DNA from: a virus
Length of the DNA stretch: 64,000 bases
Reading direction: 5' to 3' (one strand)
Virus record (IMG/VR): IMGVR_UViG_3300050159_000048
This document shows positions 9,642 through 18,394 of this stretch, piece by piece; position 1 is the first letter of the stretch, and each line of letters opens with the position of its first letter. Below the pieces are notes generated by a model that saw nothing but the letters and a program-made list of their open reading frames with translations, searched no databases and was not told where the DNA came from. The position numbers were made by a program, and so were the translations under genes.

Positions 9642-10286
9642 TTAATGTTTTTTGAACAGATCGTTTGTGATAAACTGCATGATTTCCTTCTTGAAGTACT
9701 TTTGTGCAGCAGGGTCTTGGCGAACTTGTTCAGCCAGTGTCATCACCTTGGCCCCCTGTTTTGATTGCAGGGATTCGTACATCATTCCAGGATAAGCCTG
9801 AGGTGCACTTGGGGTGATAACAATGTCGTATGTGATGAACTGGAACCCTTGAACATCACCGCTCTCGTTTACGTTGCCAGCGCCACGGCTTGACACACCA
9901 ATCTTCACACCACTCTTCAGCAGCTCTTGGGCAATCAAACCCATTGGAGTGTTCAACAGCTTAGCCTTACCGTAAGCGTCGTTACCATTCATCCACATCT
10001 CTGTAATCACATGCGAAATGCGATCACTGTTGATAGTGAGTGTCTGGGGATGGTCAAGTTCACCAAAAATGCCGTTACATTCCTTGATGCGCTGTGCTGC
10101 ATTTCGGACTGCCTCGGAAATCTCGGTGATTGGGTAATTGCGACCGTTGCGGTTCTTGATAGAACTTTGCATGCAAATACCGTTCAACCACATAGACTTG
10201 CCGTCGGTTGATGATTCGCTGATGATTCGCGCCTCTACGGGCGCCAATTCTTCAACGAGCAGAATAGGTGTTGTCATAGCAGCCAC
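9642..10286 (-). CDS. gp21: Prohead protease, gp21 family
   Basis: KNRNGRNYP, GELDHP, TPMG and GVSSRGAG catalytic motifs. Confidence 0.95.
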   Translation of the reverse strand: MAAMTTPILLVEELAPVEARIISESSTDGKSMWLNGICMQSSIKNRNGRNYPITEISEAVRNAAQRIKECNGIFGELDHPQTLTINSDRISHVITEMWMNGNDAYGKAKLLNTPMGLIAQELLKSGVKIGVSSRGAGNVNESGDVQGFQFITYDIVITPSAPQAYPGMMYESLQSKQGAKVMTLAEQVRQDPAAQKYFKKEIMQFITNDLFKKH

Positions 10287-10294
10287 CTATCAAA

Positions 10295-10561
10295 TTACAT
10301 CTTGTCGTCTTCGTCGCCAGACTCGTCATCTGCCTTCTTAGACTTTTTAGGCTTCTTGGACTTCTTGTCGTCCTCGTCTTTTTCATCATCGGTGCAGTCT
10401 TCTTCGTCGCAGGTTTCCTCCGACTCAACGGATTCGCCGAGCAGGATCGACTGGGTCTTTAGACGCAGATATTGGTGAAAGGCTTCCTTTGCTGCTGCTG
10501 AATCCGATTCAACGATTGCGTCAACAACGGCTTCGAGGTGTTGCTTCATTTGCTTGTTCAT
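10295..10561 (-). CDS. Small acidic prohead core protein (gp67/gp68-like position)
   Basis: 88 aa with an acidic tail, between portal and protease; late promoter AATAAATA at 10614-10621. Confidence 0.6.
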   Translation of the reverse strand: MNKQMKQHLEAVVDAIVESDSAAAKEAFHQYLRLKTQSILLGESVESEETCDEEDCTDDEKDEDDKKSKKPKKSKKADDESGDEDDKM

Positions 10562-10647
10562 GTGTTGCTCCTAGTGACGGAAGTTGTGCGGTGTATAAGT
10601 ACACCTTCTGATTTATTTATTGGGGGTCGCTTTTAACTTGCCCTGGT

Positions 10648-12333
10648 TCACTGTGGCGGCGGCGTAACTCCGCCATTTTCGGGGGGAATTGGCGCGCTGC
10701 CCATTTGTGAATTCATGTCACCACCCACAGCCATAGCGTCCCCTCCACCCATCAAGTCTCCTGGCGGGCCGCCGAAACCACCACCAAGTGATCCGGCTAG
10801 CATTCCACCACCCGCGCCAAGTCCGGCTTCTTCAGGTGGGGGTCCGTAGACTGCTCGCATATTTGCTAGACGATCGCCACTGTCAGGGTTGATGCCCAAT
10901 TCTTCACACCGCAGACGGAAGTTCAGAAGAATCTGTTCATCGCTCATCTGCAGGTAGTTAGACATCGCAAAACGCTTTGACAAGTGTTCGATTGATGCAG
11001 CACTGTTGTAGGTTGTCAGTAGATCGTTATCCAGCTGCTGCTTACGGTACTTACCGTAGTTCTCAGGCTTGTTAAGGCGAAGGCTGAAGATTGCTGTATC
11101 GATGTGAATTCCAGCAGCCCTGAGGTAGCGTTTGAATTCCTTATCGATGACGTGTGAGATGTAACCTTGCAAACGCTCAATGTATTGGGCGAATCGCAGT
11201 TCTTGAATGTATGCAACACCAGTCTTACCGTCTGAGATCACAGAGCCGTCCTGCCCCTCTTTCATGTAGGATAGGGGGATGCGTAGACCACGGAATACCT
11301 TCCATTGGAAGTATTCCAAGTCAGCCAGTTCACCAAGACCTTGCCCACCTGGAAGGGTTTCAATGCGAGAACCTTTACCGTCGGGGCGCTGCGCAAGGAA
11401 GAAGTCTTCACTCATTTGCTGAGGGTTATAGACGGAGTCTACTTGCTCAACACCACCACCGTAAGTTGGGATCTTGCGCTGACGAATTTCGTTCTTGATC
11501 TGCTCCAAGTGCATTTTGACGCGTTGCGGCGGCATCTTGCCCACGTCAATGTAAAACACACGACGTTCAGGTGCGCGTTGAATGCGGTAGATGATGATGG
11601 CGTCTTCCAGCAACTCCTTCTGCTTCTGAGCGCGGTAAATTGCGCGTAGAACAGACTCACCGAACGGTGCTTGCTCACCGAGGTCGTCATTTAACGAGAA
11701 CCAGACCACGTTTTCAGCTGCAAAAACGTCCATGATCTCATTGTTGCTGCTAGCTTGGGTTGCGTGAGGAGATTGCTGGTTGTACGGAGAGCGCGGGACC
11801 TTTGTGTCGCGCTTAATCTGCCAACCAACAACACGGGTCACGTCATTTTCATCAACAACTGCAGCGATAACACTCTTTGGGTGAACGTATTCCCATTTTG
11901 ATGTGTCGCGGTGGCGGATGAAGAAACAGTCACCGTATTTGATTGTTACGCGTGCAACCTTGAATAGGCGAGTTTGCCAGTCGTGTAGATCAGTCCAGTA
12001 CCGCAGAGCGGCACGGAGCGTCATCACAACACTACTGTCGAGGTTTGCATCTTTTTCACTCTTAATGATTAGTTCAAACGGTAGGTCGGTACCTTCGTCT
12101 GTTCCAACCATCTCTTCCGCAATAGTGTCCAACGAACGAGCGATTTCAATATCGTTGTCCATTAGGTCATATTCGCGGTAACGTGTCAAGCGAGACGCCG
12201 AACCTTGTACCAAGCGCTGATACCAAGTATAATTGGCGTATGCACCCTGGTCGCCAATATTCTGGCTGTCTGACATGGTCGTCACACCCGGTTTCGGGGC
12301 AACTACTTTGAAGAAGTCAGCAAATTTTGCCAT
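10648..12333 (-). CDS. gp20: Portal protein, T4 gp20 family
   Basis: LLEDAIIIYRIQRAPERRVFYIDVGKMP, EDFFL, IETLPGGQGLGE; late promoter CATAAATA at 12361-12368. Confidence 0.97.
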   Translation of the reverse strand: MAKFADFFKVVAPKPGVTTMSDSQNIGDQGAYANYTWYQRLVQGSASRLTRYREYDLMDNDIEIARSLDTIAEEMVGTDEGTDLPFELIIKSEKDANLDSSVVMTLRAALRYWTDLHDWQTRLFKVARVTIKYGDCFFIRHRDTSKWEYVHPKSVIAAVVDENDVTRVVGWQIKRDTKVPRSPYNQQSPHATQASSNNEIMDVFAAENVVWFSLNDDLGEQAPFGESVLRAIYRAQKQKELLEDAIIIYRIQRAPERRVFYIDVGKMPPQRVKMHLEQIKNEIRQRKIPTYGGGVEQVDSVYNPQQMSEDFFLAQRPDGKGSRIETLPGGQGLGELADLEYFQWKVFRGLRIPLSYMKEGQDGSVISDGKTGVAYIQELRFAQYIERLQGYISHVIDKEFKRYLRAAGIHIDTAIFSLRLNKPENYGKYRKQQLDNDLLTTYNSAASIEHLSKRFAMSNYLQMSDEQILLNFRLRCEELGINPDSGDRLANMRAVYGPPPEEAGLGAGGGMLAGSLGGGFGGPPGDLMGGGDAMAVGGDMNSQMGSAPIPPENGGVTPPPQ

Positions 12334-12386
12334 CTGGGATCCTGAAGTTATAGGTTCGTGTATTTATGAGCTTGAAAACGCTGGCG

Positions 12387-14693
12387 TTAAACGTAGTTAT
12401 ATTGAGCCCCAAATTTGTTGCCACCACGGAGTGCTGTTTTTGTGCTAGTATTCTGCTTTTCCCGATCTGTTAGCGTTAGTGCGATTAGTTGTTTCTCAAG
12501 CAGGTCGGTCTGTCGGTCGGCGTTATCTGCCAACTTCTTCAACAAATCATTGGATACATCCATTTGGGCTACTTGGGCTGATAGCTTATCAGCTGCTGTT
12601 AGTGTTGCCTTTTCAACATTTTTGCTTGTCTCTGTCTGAGCAGTTTTCGCAACACGATCATCCACCTTATTGGGGCCAGGCCCTTGTACTGGAGCACCAA
12701 CCACACCAGGTTTTGTGTTATCGTCAAGGTATTTTGTTTCGCTAGCAATCCGTTCAGACTTTGCTTGGTTGACAAGATTATCGAGGAAGAACAGGCTCCC
12801 CAGTTTCTCAATGCCCCGAGGGATGGAAGATTGCATCTTTTCCCACGGACTTGCACGGTCCCAATTCTTGTCATCCTGATCAGTGTCAACCCTAGCTGTG
12901 CCAACGCCCATCTTGCCTGCCGCCCAGTCAACACCAGCGCCTGTTGCCATCATTGCAGCAGCGGGGAGCGCAACTCCCCTGGCAAACTTGCCAGCTTGTG
13001 CCAGCTTGCCGCCAGTTGCAGCAGCTCCTACCGCACCAGCAGCTCCTGCGCCGACCGCTTCGCCAGCTACAGTACCGGCAACTCGGCCCGCAACATTACC
13101 AGCGATTTTTTCACCGATTTTGCCGATGAACTTGCCACCACCCATCAACATAATGATGGAGGATACGCCAGCTGCAATTGGGCCCAGCCAGTGCTGTCCT
13201 GATGCAATTAGGTCAAGTTGTTTCACCATCTCAGCAGTGCTTGCTATGGTTTGAGCAATCTGATCCTCTGATACGTCCTTCATTGTGGCATCAATCTGAG
13301 CAATTGGGGCCTTCAGAGTGTCAATCGAGGTAGAGAAGGGACTGTCTTTGCCGAAATACTGATCCATATTCAGTTTATCAGCCAGAGTGGTTGCAAAAAT
13401 TTCACCACCCAGACTGCCTTGACCCATTTGATCCATCTTGTTGGCTGCGTTCTCGTTGAATCGCATCAGAGCTTCTTTTTGTTCGGGTGTAGCACGCTTA
13501 CCAGCAATGACTGCTTGGGCAGCCTCATCACCACCTGCGATTCCCATAGCTCCTGCCATCGCCCGCATTTTTGCAGCTTGTTTAATGCGGTCAATGGGTT
13601 TTGCAGCAACCATTTGGTTTAGCATCTTGGCGGCCCGCTGTGCTTGTTCTGCACTCATGCCTGCGGCGATGGCGTTCTGGATCATTGCGCGCTGACTCTG
13701 CAGGATTGCTTCTCGCTCACTTCCGCGGGCGGAACGTAGAATGTCAATCATGTCAACATCTTGCGACATGGAGTCGTACAATGACATTGCTGATTCGCGC
13801 GACATGCCTGTTTGAGCAATCAGGCGATTGACGTCGTCGGTATAGCGCTCTAGGGCTGCTCGCGTTGGCTTTACACCAGCGGTAGCTAGGGATTTTGCAC
13901 CCTGGGTTGCCAATTCCAACGCCTTCTGAAAGTCTCCCCCAGTGGATACTACAAGGCGTTTAACCGTAGAGTCGAGTGTTGCCATGCCCTGGGTAGTGCC
14001 ACCCATAGCGTTGAACATTTGGCGGCCTTGTTTGGTAGCATTGATGAAAGCGTCAGCTGATACCCCGTACTTCAGGGCCAATGTTTGTTGGTCCAGCAGA
14101 GCCTTCTCGATGTTGCCAGATGCCTCAATGACACCGTCAGATGCTTTCACCTGAGCCAATTGTTGACGTGCGTTAGCTGCAACAGTCTTACCAAACCAAA
14201 CCAATGCAGCAGATGTTAGTGTGCCGCTACGTGCGAGGTTAACCAATGACGTGTTTGCCGCAGCAGTAGCGTCAGTAAAATCCTTTTGTGCTTTGGTCGA
14301 GCGCAACGTAGCATCAGCAAGTTTGTTGCTAGAGTTGCGTATCAAGATACGCAACTCTTCCAGGTCGCGTTCGCTTGCAGTACCTTGTGCGGTTAGCTTG
14401 TTGAGTTTGTCTCGATAATTGTTGTGTTGAATGCTAAGCTCAATTTCACGCTTTTTTGCCTTCAACAGCTCATCTAGAGCGTGTTGTTCACGCTTCGTCA
14501 GAGTTTCGTTCTTAGCCAAGGCATCATTGAACAGAGCTAACTCATGGTTGACATGATCTTGCATGTCAGCATGTGCTTTCATAGAAGCTAGCGTTGCGGC
14601 TTGCGTTCGTGATTGGGCGTTAACTAACCCTTGCAGTGATTGTGCAAACTGCTGAATGATAGAGTTGAGTTGTTGAGTTGCTTGATCAGCCAT
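12387..14693 (-). CDS. Probable tail tape-measure protein
   Basis: 768 aa, Ala/Gln-rich and helical with a Gly/Ala hydrophobic segment; divergent from the gp26/gp51-like chaperones. Confidence 0.6.
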   Translation of the reverse strand: MADQATQQLNSIIQQFAQSLQGLVNAQSRTQAATLASMKAHADMQDHVNHELALFNDALAKNETLTKREQHALDELLKAKKREIELSIQHNNYRDKLNKLTAQGTASERDLEELRILIRNSSNKLADATLRSTKAQKDFTDATAAANTSLVNLARSGTLTSAALVWFGKTVAANARQQLAQVKASDGVIEASGNIEKALLDQQTLALKYGVSADAFINATKQGRQMFNAMGGTTQGMATLDSTVKRLVVSTGGDFQKALELATQGAKSLATAGVKPTRAALERYTDDVNRLIAQTGMSRESAMSLYDSMSQDVDMIDILRSARGSEREAILQSQRAMIQNAIAAGMSAEQAQRAAKMLNQMVAAKPIDRIKQAAKMRAMAGAMGIAGGDEAAQAVIAGKRATPEQKEALMRFNENAANKMDQMGQGSLGGEIFATTLADKLNMDQYFGKDSPFSTSIDTLKAPIAQIDATMKDVSEDQIAQTIASTAEMVKQLDLIASGQHWLGPIAAGVSSIIMLMGGGKFIGKIGEKIAGNVAGRVAGTVAGEAVGAGAAGAVGAAATGGKLAQAGKFARGVALPAAAMMATGAGVDWAAGKMGVGTARVDTDQDDKNWDRASPWEKMQSSIPRGIEKLGSLFFLDNLVNQAKSERIASETKYLDDNTKPGVVGAPVQGPGPNKVDDRVAKTAQTETSKNVEKATLTAADKLSAQVAQMDVSNDLLKKLADNADRQTDLLEKQLIALTLTDREKQNTSTKTALRGGNKFGAQYNYV

Positions 14694-14710
14694 ATGTTTA
14701 CCCTTGAGAT

Positions 14711-14750
14711 TGTGGTATTTACGTTATTGATCCCTGTATTAAATACCACA
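14711..14750. promoter_or_regulatory. Back-to-back late promoters forming an 11-bp inverted repeat (TAAATACCACA on each strand)
   Basis: TGTGGTATTTA at 14711-14721 and TAAATACCACA at 14740-14750. Confidence 0.75.
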
Positions 14751-14766
14751 CACATAAGGAGAAACT

Positions 14767-15555
14767 ATGTCCAACACCAATCCACTACTAGCCAAAATCC
14801 GCATCCCCGGTGCTACATTCCGTCTGCCATCCCAAGGTCTATTCTACGAGGACGGAGAACTTGCCGAAGGCGTGACGAAGGGTGAAGTTGAGGTGTATCC
14901 GATGACCGCTGTGGATGAAATTGTGCTGGCGACACCAGACAAGCTGCTGTCTGGCCGTGCAATCATGGAGATTTTCGCTCGGTGCATTCCACAAGTGATC
15001 AAGCCTGAGAAGCTGTTGACGCGTGATGTGGACTTTCTGATGGTGTGTTTGCGCTCTGTGTCGTTTGGCGATGCGATGGAAGTCACATATACCCACGATT
15101 GCGCTAACGCAAAGACCCACACATTTAGCGTCGACATTCAACAAATGATCCGTGAAACCAAGGTAGTTGACCCAACGTCAATTAACCAAGAATACACGTG
15201 TACGGTACCAAATGGTCAGATTGTTACCCTGAAGCCACTGACGTACGACAATGTGATTGAGTTGTATCAAACAACTGCTCTAATGAAAGAGGACGAGCTC
15301 AGCATTAATGAGGCGGAGCAGCTGGTGTTGGACACGCTGTCCAACGTGATTCGACGCGTCGATGACGTGACGGATAAGCAGCAAATCCGTGAGTGGGTTA
15401 AGTCCATCCCGCTTGGGTGGAAGCGCAAGATTGAAGGTGCGGCACAAATGGTCAGTCAGTGGGGTGTGGATTTCACATCACGCCAAAAGTGTCCTGATTG
15501 CGGTGAGGAGGCCCACGTCCAGGTATCTGCAAATCCAGTAAGTTTTTTTTCATGA
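14767..15555 (+). CDS. Baseplate hub assembly protein, gp26-like
   Basis: RLPSQG.FY, MTAVDE, DVDFLMVCLRSVSFG, C-terminal CPDC and NPVSFF. Confidence 0.8.
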   Translation: MSNTNPLLAKIRIPGATFRLPSQGLFYEDGELAEGVTKGEVEVYPMTAVDEIVLATPDKLLSGRAIMEIFARCIPQVIKPEKLLTRDVDFLMVCLRSVSFGDAMEVTYTHDCANAKTHTFSVDIQQMIRETKVVDPTSINQEYTCTVPNGQIVTLKPLTYDNVIELYQTTALMKEDELSINEAEQLVLDTLSNVIRRVDDVTDKQQIREWVKSIPLGWKRKIEGAAQMVSQWGVDFTSRQKCPDCGEEAHVQVSANPVSFFS

Positions 15556-15779
15556 CCCTCCGATCTGGAACGATTGAGGAGAAGCAGCAAATGTTCTCCT
15601 CAATGGTCAATGACCGGAGGCGTATTATCAAATCGATCATTCAACTGGTGTATTTCATGCGCGGAGCGGTTCAATACGAAACCATGATGTCCATGTCGTC
15701 ATTTGAGCGAAGTATGGTAAGTGAGTTCGTGGAGGATCGGCTCGAGGTGGAATCGAAGAAGATGTATCCGCAATACTAA
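15552..15779 (+). CDS. Baseplate hub assembly catalyst, gp51-like
   Basis: 75 aa with ATGA overlap to the gp26-like gene; YFMRGAVQYE.MMSMS.FER. Confidence 0.6.
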   Translation: MTLRSGTIEEKQQMFSSMVNDRRRIIKSIIQLVYFMRGAVQYETMMSMSSFERSMVSEFVEDRLEVESKKMYPQY

Positions 15780-15783
15780 GCCA

Positions 15784-16085
15784 GCTCCACGCAGGCATCA
15801 TAGAGAGACCGGCTTGGCAGCCGGAGAGATTGTTGAGTTCGGTACCCTTCACTCAACAATCTCTAGCGGTGAAGTAACGCGGTTAAAGGGAATTATCAAT
15901 CCCTGCCCCGCGTTTTCGTAGCTGATTGGAAGTACCTCACGGTTCACAGAAGTGAACAATTGTATGAAAAGTGGCCATAACTCCCAAGGTGGTCAACTTT
16001 GGTGGGCTCTATACCACAGGCTCGTTAGTGCGGCTCCACGCACTCTGTTCCTACACCGGTGGGAGAAGGGTATCACCACCTGACG
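15784..16085. ncRNA. Candidate structured non-coding RNA (about 8 tandem hairpins plus a long-range loop-loop pairing); family and strand unknown
   Basis: Largest ORF-free gap in the window; perfect 14-bp stem 15825-15838/15851-15864 plus seven shorter stems; see findings. Confidence 0.6.
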
Positions 16086-16107
16086 TTTCTAGTTATACTG
16101 TATTGTT

Positions 16108-16590
16108 TCAGTCCGGCATGCGCGCAATCCAATACGCGTCGGTCAAATCCGTGAGACCGGTAGTCTTCTTAAAGCCTGCGTCTAAAAACTTCTGTCGAAC
16201 GTCGTCTGAGAGTGCTTCTATCATTGCCTTTTTATCAGCCTTGCCACTTCCTGTGGCCTTCTTTTTCACCGAAGTAGGTGCGTATTCCTTGAATACGATA
16301 GTGGGGTGCTCGTAAGCAACAAGATTGACGATCGTAAACAACAATCCAGCCAAGTCTCGAGTTGCATCCCCTCTGATTCCGAAAGCCAATCCTTCTGCTT
16401 TAAGCATCGTTGGATTATGTTTCTTGATCAGTTCACAGATTTTCTTTGCGGTTGACAACGCACGGGCGTATGTAGTGTCCGTTTTTTCGGTTGTAAACCG
16501 TCCGAATTCTTCCATCTGCTGTGATTCAGTGTTCCACAATACGTATCCACAGCTAGTATACGATTGGTCAATTCCCAGTACAAGTGCCAT
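16108..16590 (-). CDS. ruvC: RuvC-like Holliday junction resolvase
   Basis: VLGIDQS...GY, E in KAEG, PTSVKK.ATGSGKADK..M, DLTDAYWIA. Confidence 0.88.
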   Translation of the reverse strand: MALVLGIDQSYTSCGYVLWNTESQQMEEFGRFTTEKTDTTYARALSTAKKICELIKKHNPTMLKAEGLAFGIRGDATRDLAGLLFTIVNLVAYEHPTIVFKEYAPTSVKKKATGSGKADKKAMIEALSDDVRQKFLDAGFKKTTGLTDLTDAYWIARMPD

Positions 16591-16629
16591 TTTACCCTCT
16601 CTAAACCTATTTAAGAGGGTAAAATGGCA
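16585..16629 (-). promoter_or_regulatory. 16-bp hairpin hiding the ruvC RBS and ATG, with a late promoter in the loop
   Basis: TGCCATTTTACCCTCT (16585-16600) / AGAGGGTAAAATGGCA (16614-16629); TAAATA at 16608-16613. Confidence 0.85.
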
Positions 16630-16636
16630 GTGATTC

Positions 16637-18394
16637 TTATGCTGGTAGCGGTTCCTGGAGAATTCCGCTGAACCCCTTGCTGAGTTGAACCGTCATTTTG
16701 CGGTCGAACATACCGTCAATTTCAGCACGGTGAGAGATCACAAAAGTAGAGGTCTTATGTGTGCGAGCTAGATGCTTGATCAAGTATGCGCAAGCAGTAA
16801 CTCCGCCAGCATCCAGGCCATAATCTAGCACTTCATCGAATACAGTAAGGTTTGTTCGACCGTACAGACGAGACCGCACATCACGAAACGCCAAAGATAG
16901 CGCAAAGTGAATGCGAGCGCGTTGCCCCGTAGACATCAGGCCGACGTCGAACTCACTACCAAGTTTGGTGATCATAACGTCAAGCTCATGGGTGAACTCA
17001 ATAGAATGTGGCAATCCGAGATCCGCTAGGTAGTTCTTCAACTGCTTATTCAGATACGGCAGGTTCTTATTCAGCAATGCCTTACGAACGAAACTATCAT
17101 TCTTCGTCAGGAGCTTGAGCAAGAAGTCTTGATGTTTCAATTCCTTGTCTAGAGCGTTAGCCTGCTCATAATCAACCTCATCAAGCTTGACGTCTAGCAG
17201 CTCTTGCAGAGGTTCCTCATACGGATTCTGCGCCACTTCACCTTCAGCGATACGCTGTCGGAACGAAGATGCTTGATCGCGGATGGCCAACAACTCAGTC
17301 AAATTAGGCACAGTAATCTTCGCAGACACCGTTTCTGCCTCCCGCTCGAGTTGTGTGATCTTACGGCTGATCATCTGACGCACCTCTGTGGCCTCTGCTA
17401 ACTCCTCGTTCAGTGCAATTTGTTGGGTTGACAGACGAGTGATGTTTGTTGCGGCGTCGGGGTGTCCCTGCATGCAGTACGGACACTTGTTATCCCGCAG
17501 ATGGATCAACTCCTCAGCAATCTTACGCAGTGCGGTATTCAGATCAGCAATTGTGCGGTCCTCAAGCTTGAGCTCTGATCGCAGTTCACGAATCGCAGAT
17601 TGTACTTCAGCAACTTTGGCGTGAAGTTCACGCTCAGCGTCGAAGTCAATGTTGTCAATCTTCGCCAGCTTGGTTTTCAAATCTGCAACGGTTTTGGCGT
17701 TTTGAATCACCCAATCCGAAACGCGACGCTTGGCTGTTTCGATAAGAGTAGAATGCCGCTCATGTTCACGAATTAGTTGATCAATCGTGCTCTTTTTGTG
17801 CACGAGTTCCTTCTTGGTATCCTTGATCAATGTACGCAGCTTGTCAGCCTTGTCGGAAATGACAGTAATACCAAAAATCTCTTCAATGAACTCTTTTTGC
17901 TTCGGGCTGGGCAAATCCAGAAAGCCTTCTGTGCTGGCCTTGAATGCAACGATCTGCTCAAACATATCAGCAGGAATACCGATTGTTTGGGCAATAATCT
18001 TGTTGGTATCACCATTAGGTACAACAGTGATGTCCTTGCCGTCTTCGTAGAAGAATACCTTGTTACCCTCTGCACCAGCCTTCATCTTGCGCATCCGGTG
18101 GATCTTGTAATGCTTGCCATTGACAGCAAACTCCAAGATCACTTCCATCTGCTTTTTGTTGACGTTGTTGACGAGGCTGTCAACAGGGACTTTGCGGGGT
18201 GATTTATCAAACAAGACATACACCAAAGCGGTGAGCACGGCTGTTGATTTACCAACGCCGTTACTACCGCCGTCGATGTGGTCTAGGTTCTCCCCAACAA
18301 TCAGAGTGGTTCCGCTGATGTTGAGGGGTACTGTGGTTAAGTTGTTCCCGTACGACAGGAAATTGCGTAGGGAGATGGAAATGAACTCAATCAT
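16637..18394 (-). CDS. gp46: Recombination endonuclease subunit, Rad50/SbcC-like
   Basis: Walker A GSNGVGKS, coiled coil with CPYC zinc hook, signature MSTGQ, Walker B VFDE, ISH. Confidence 0.95.
   Translation of the reverse strand: MIEFISISLRNFLSYGNNLTTVPLNISGTTLIVGENLDHIDGGSNGVGKSTAVLTALVYVLFDKSPRKVPVDSLVNNVNKKQMEVILEFAVNGKHYKIHRMRKMKAGAEGNKVFFYEDGKDITVVPNGDTNKIIAQTIGIPADMFEQIVAFKASTEGFLDLPSPKQKEFIEEIFGITVISDKADKLRTLIKDTKKELVHKKSTIDQLIREHERHSTLIETAKRRVSDWVIQNAKTVADLKTKLAKIDNIDFDAERELHAKVAEVQSAIRELRSELKLEDRTIADLNTALRKIAEELIHLRDNKCPYCMQGHPDAATNITRLSTQQIALNEELAEATEVRQMISRKITQLEREAETVSAKITVPNLTELLAIRDQASSFRQRIAEGEVAQNPYEEPLQELLDVKLDEVDYEQANALDKELKHQDFLLKLLTKNDSFVRKALLNKNLPYLNKQLKNYLADLGLPHSIEFTHELDVMITKLGSEFDVGLMSTGQRARIHFALSLAFRDVRSRLYGRTNLTVFDEVLDYGLDAGGVTACAYLIKHLARTHKTSTFVISHRAEIDGMFDRKMTVQLSKGFSGILQEPLPA

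Noticed and set aside
10648..10850. GC-rich low-complexity stretch at the portal 3' end
   Set aside because: Explained by a Gly/Pro-rich disordered protein tail, not a DNA repeat
15655..16315. Short ORFs over the structured gap (15655..15852, 15721..15921, 15971..16315 and a 39-codon ORF at 15964)
   Set aside because: Most overlap real genes, none has a convincing RBS, and none looks protein-like
15780..16590. TnpB/omega-RNA or TIGR-Tas type guided nuclease
   Set aside because: The RuvC is a compact 160-aa resolvase with no zinc finger, Nop or other RNA-binding domain, and there are no periodic repeats or IS ends; adjacency alone is insufficient
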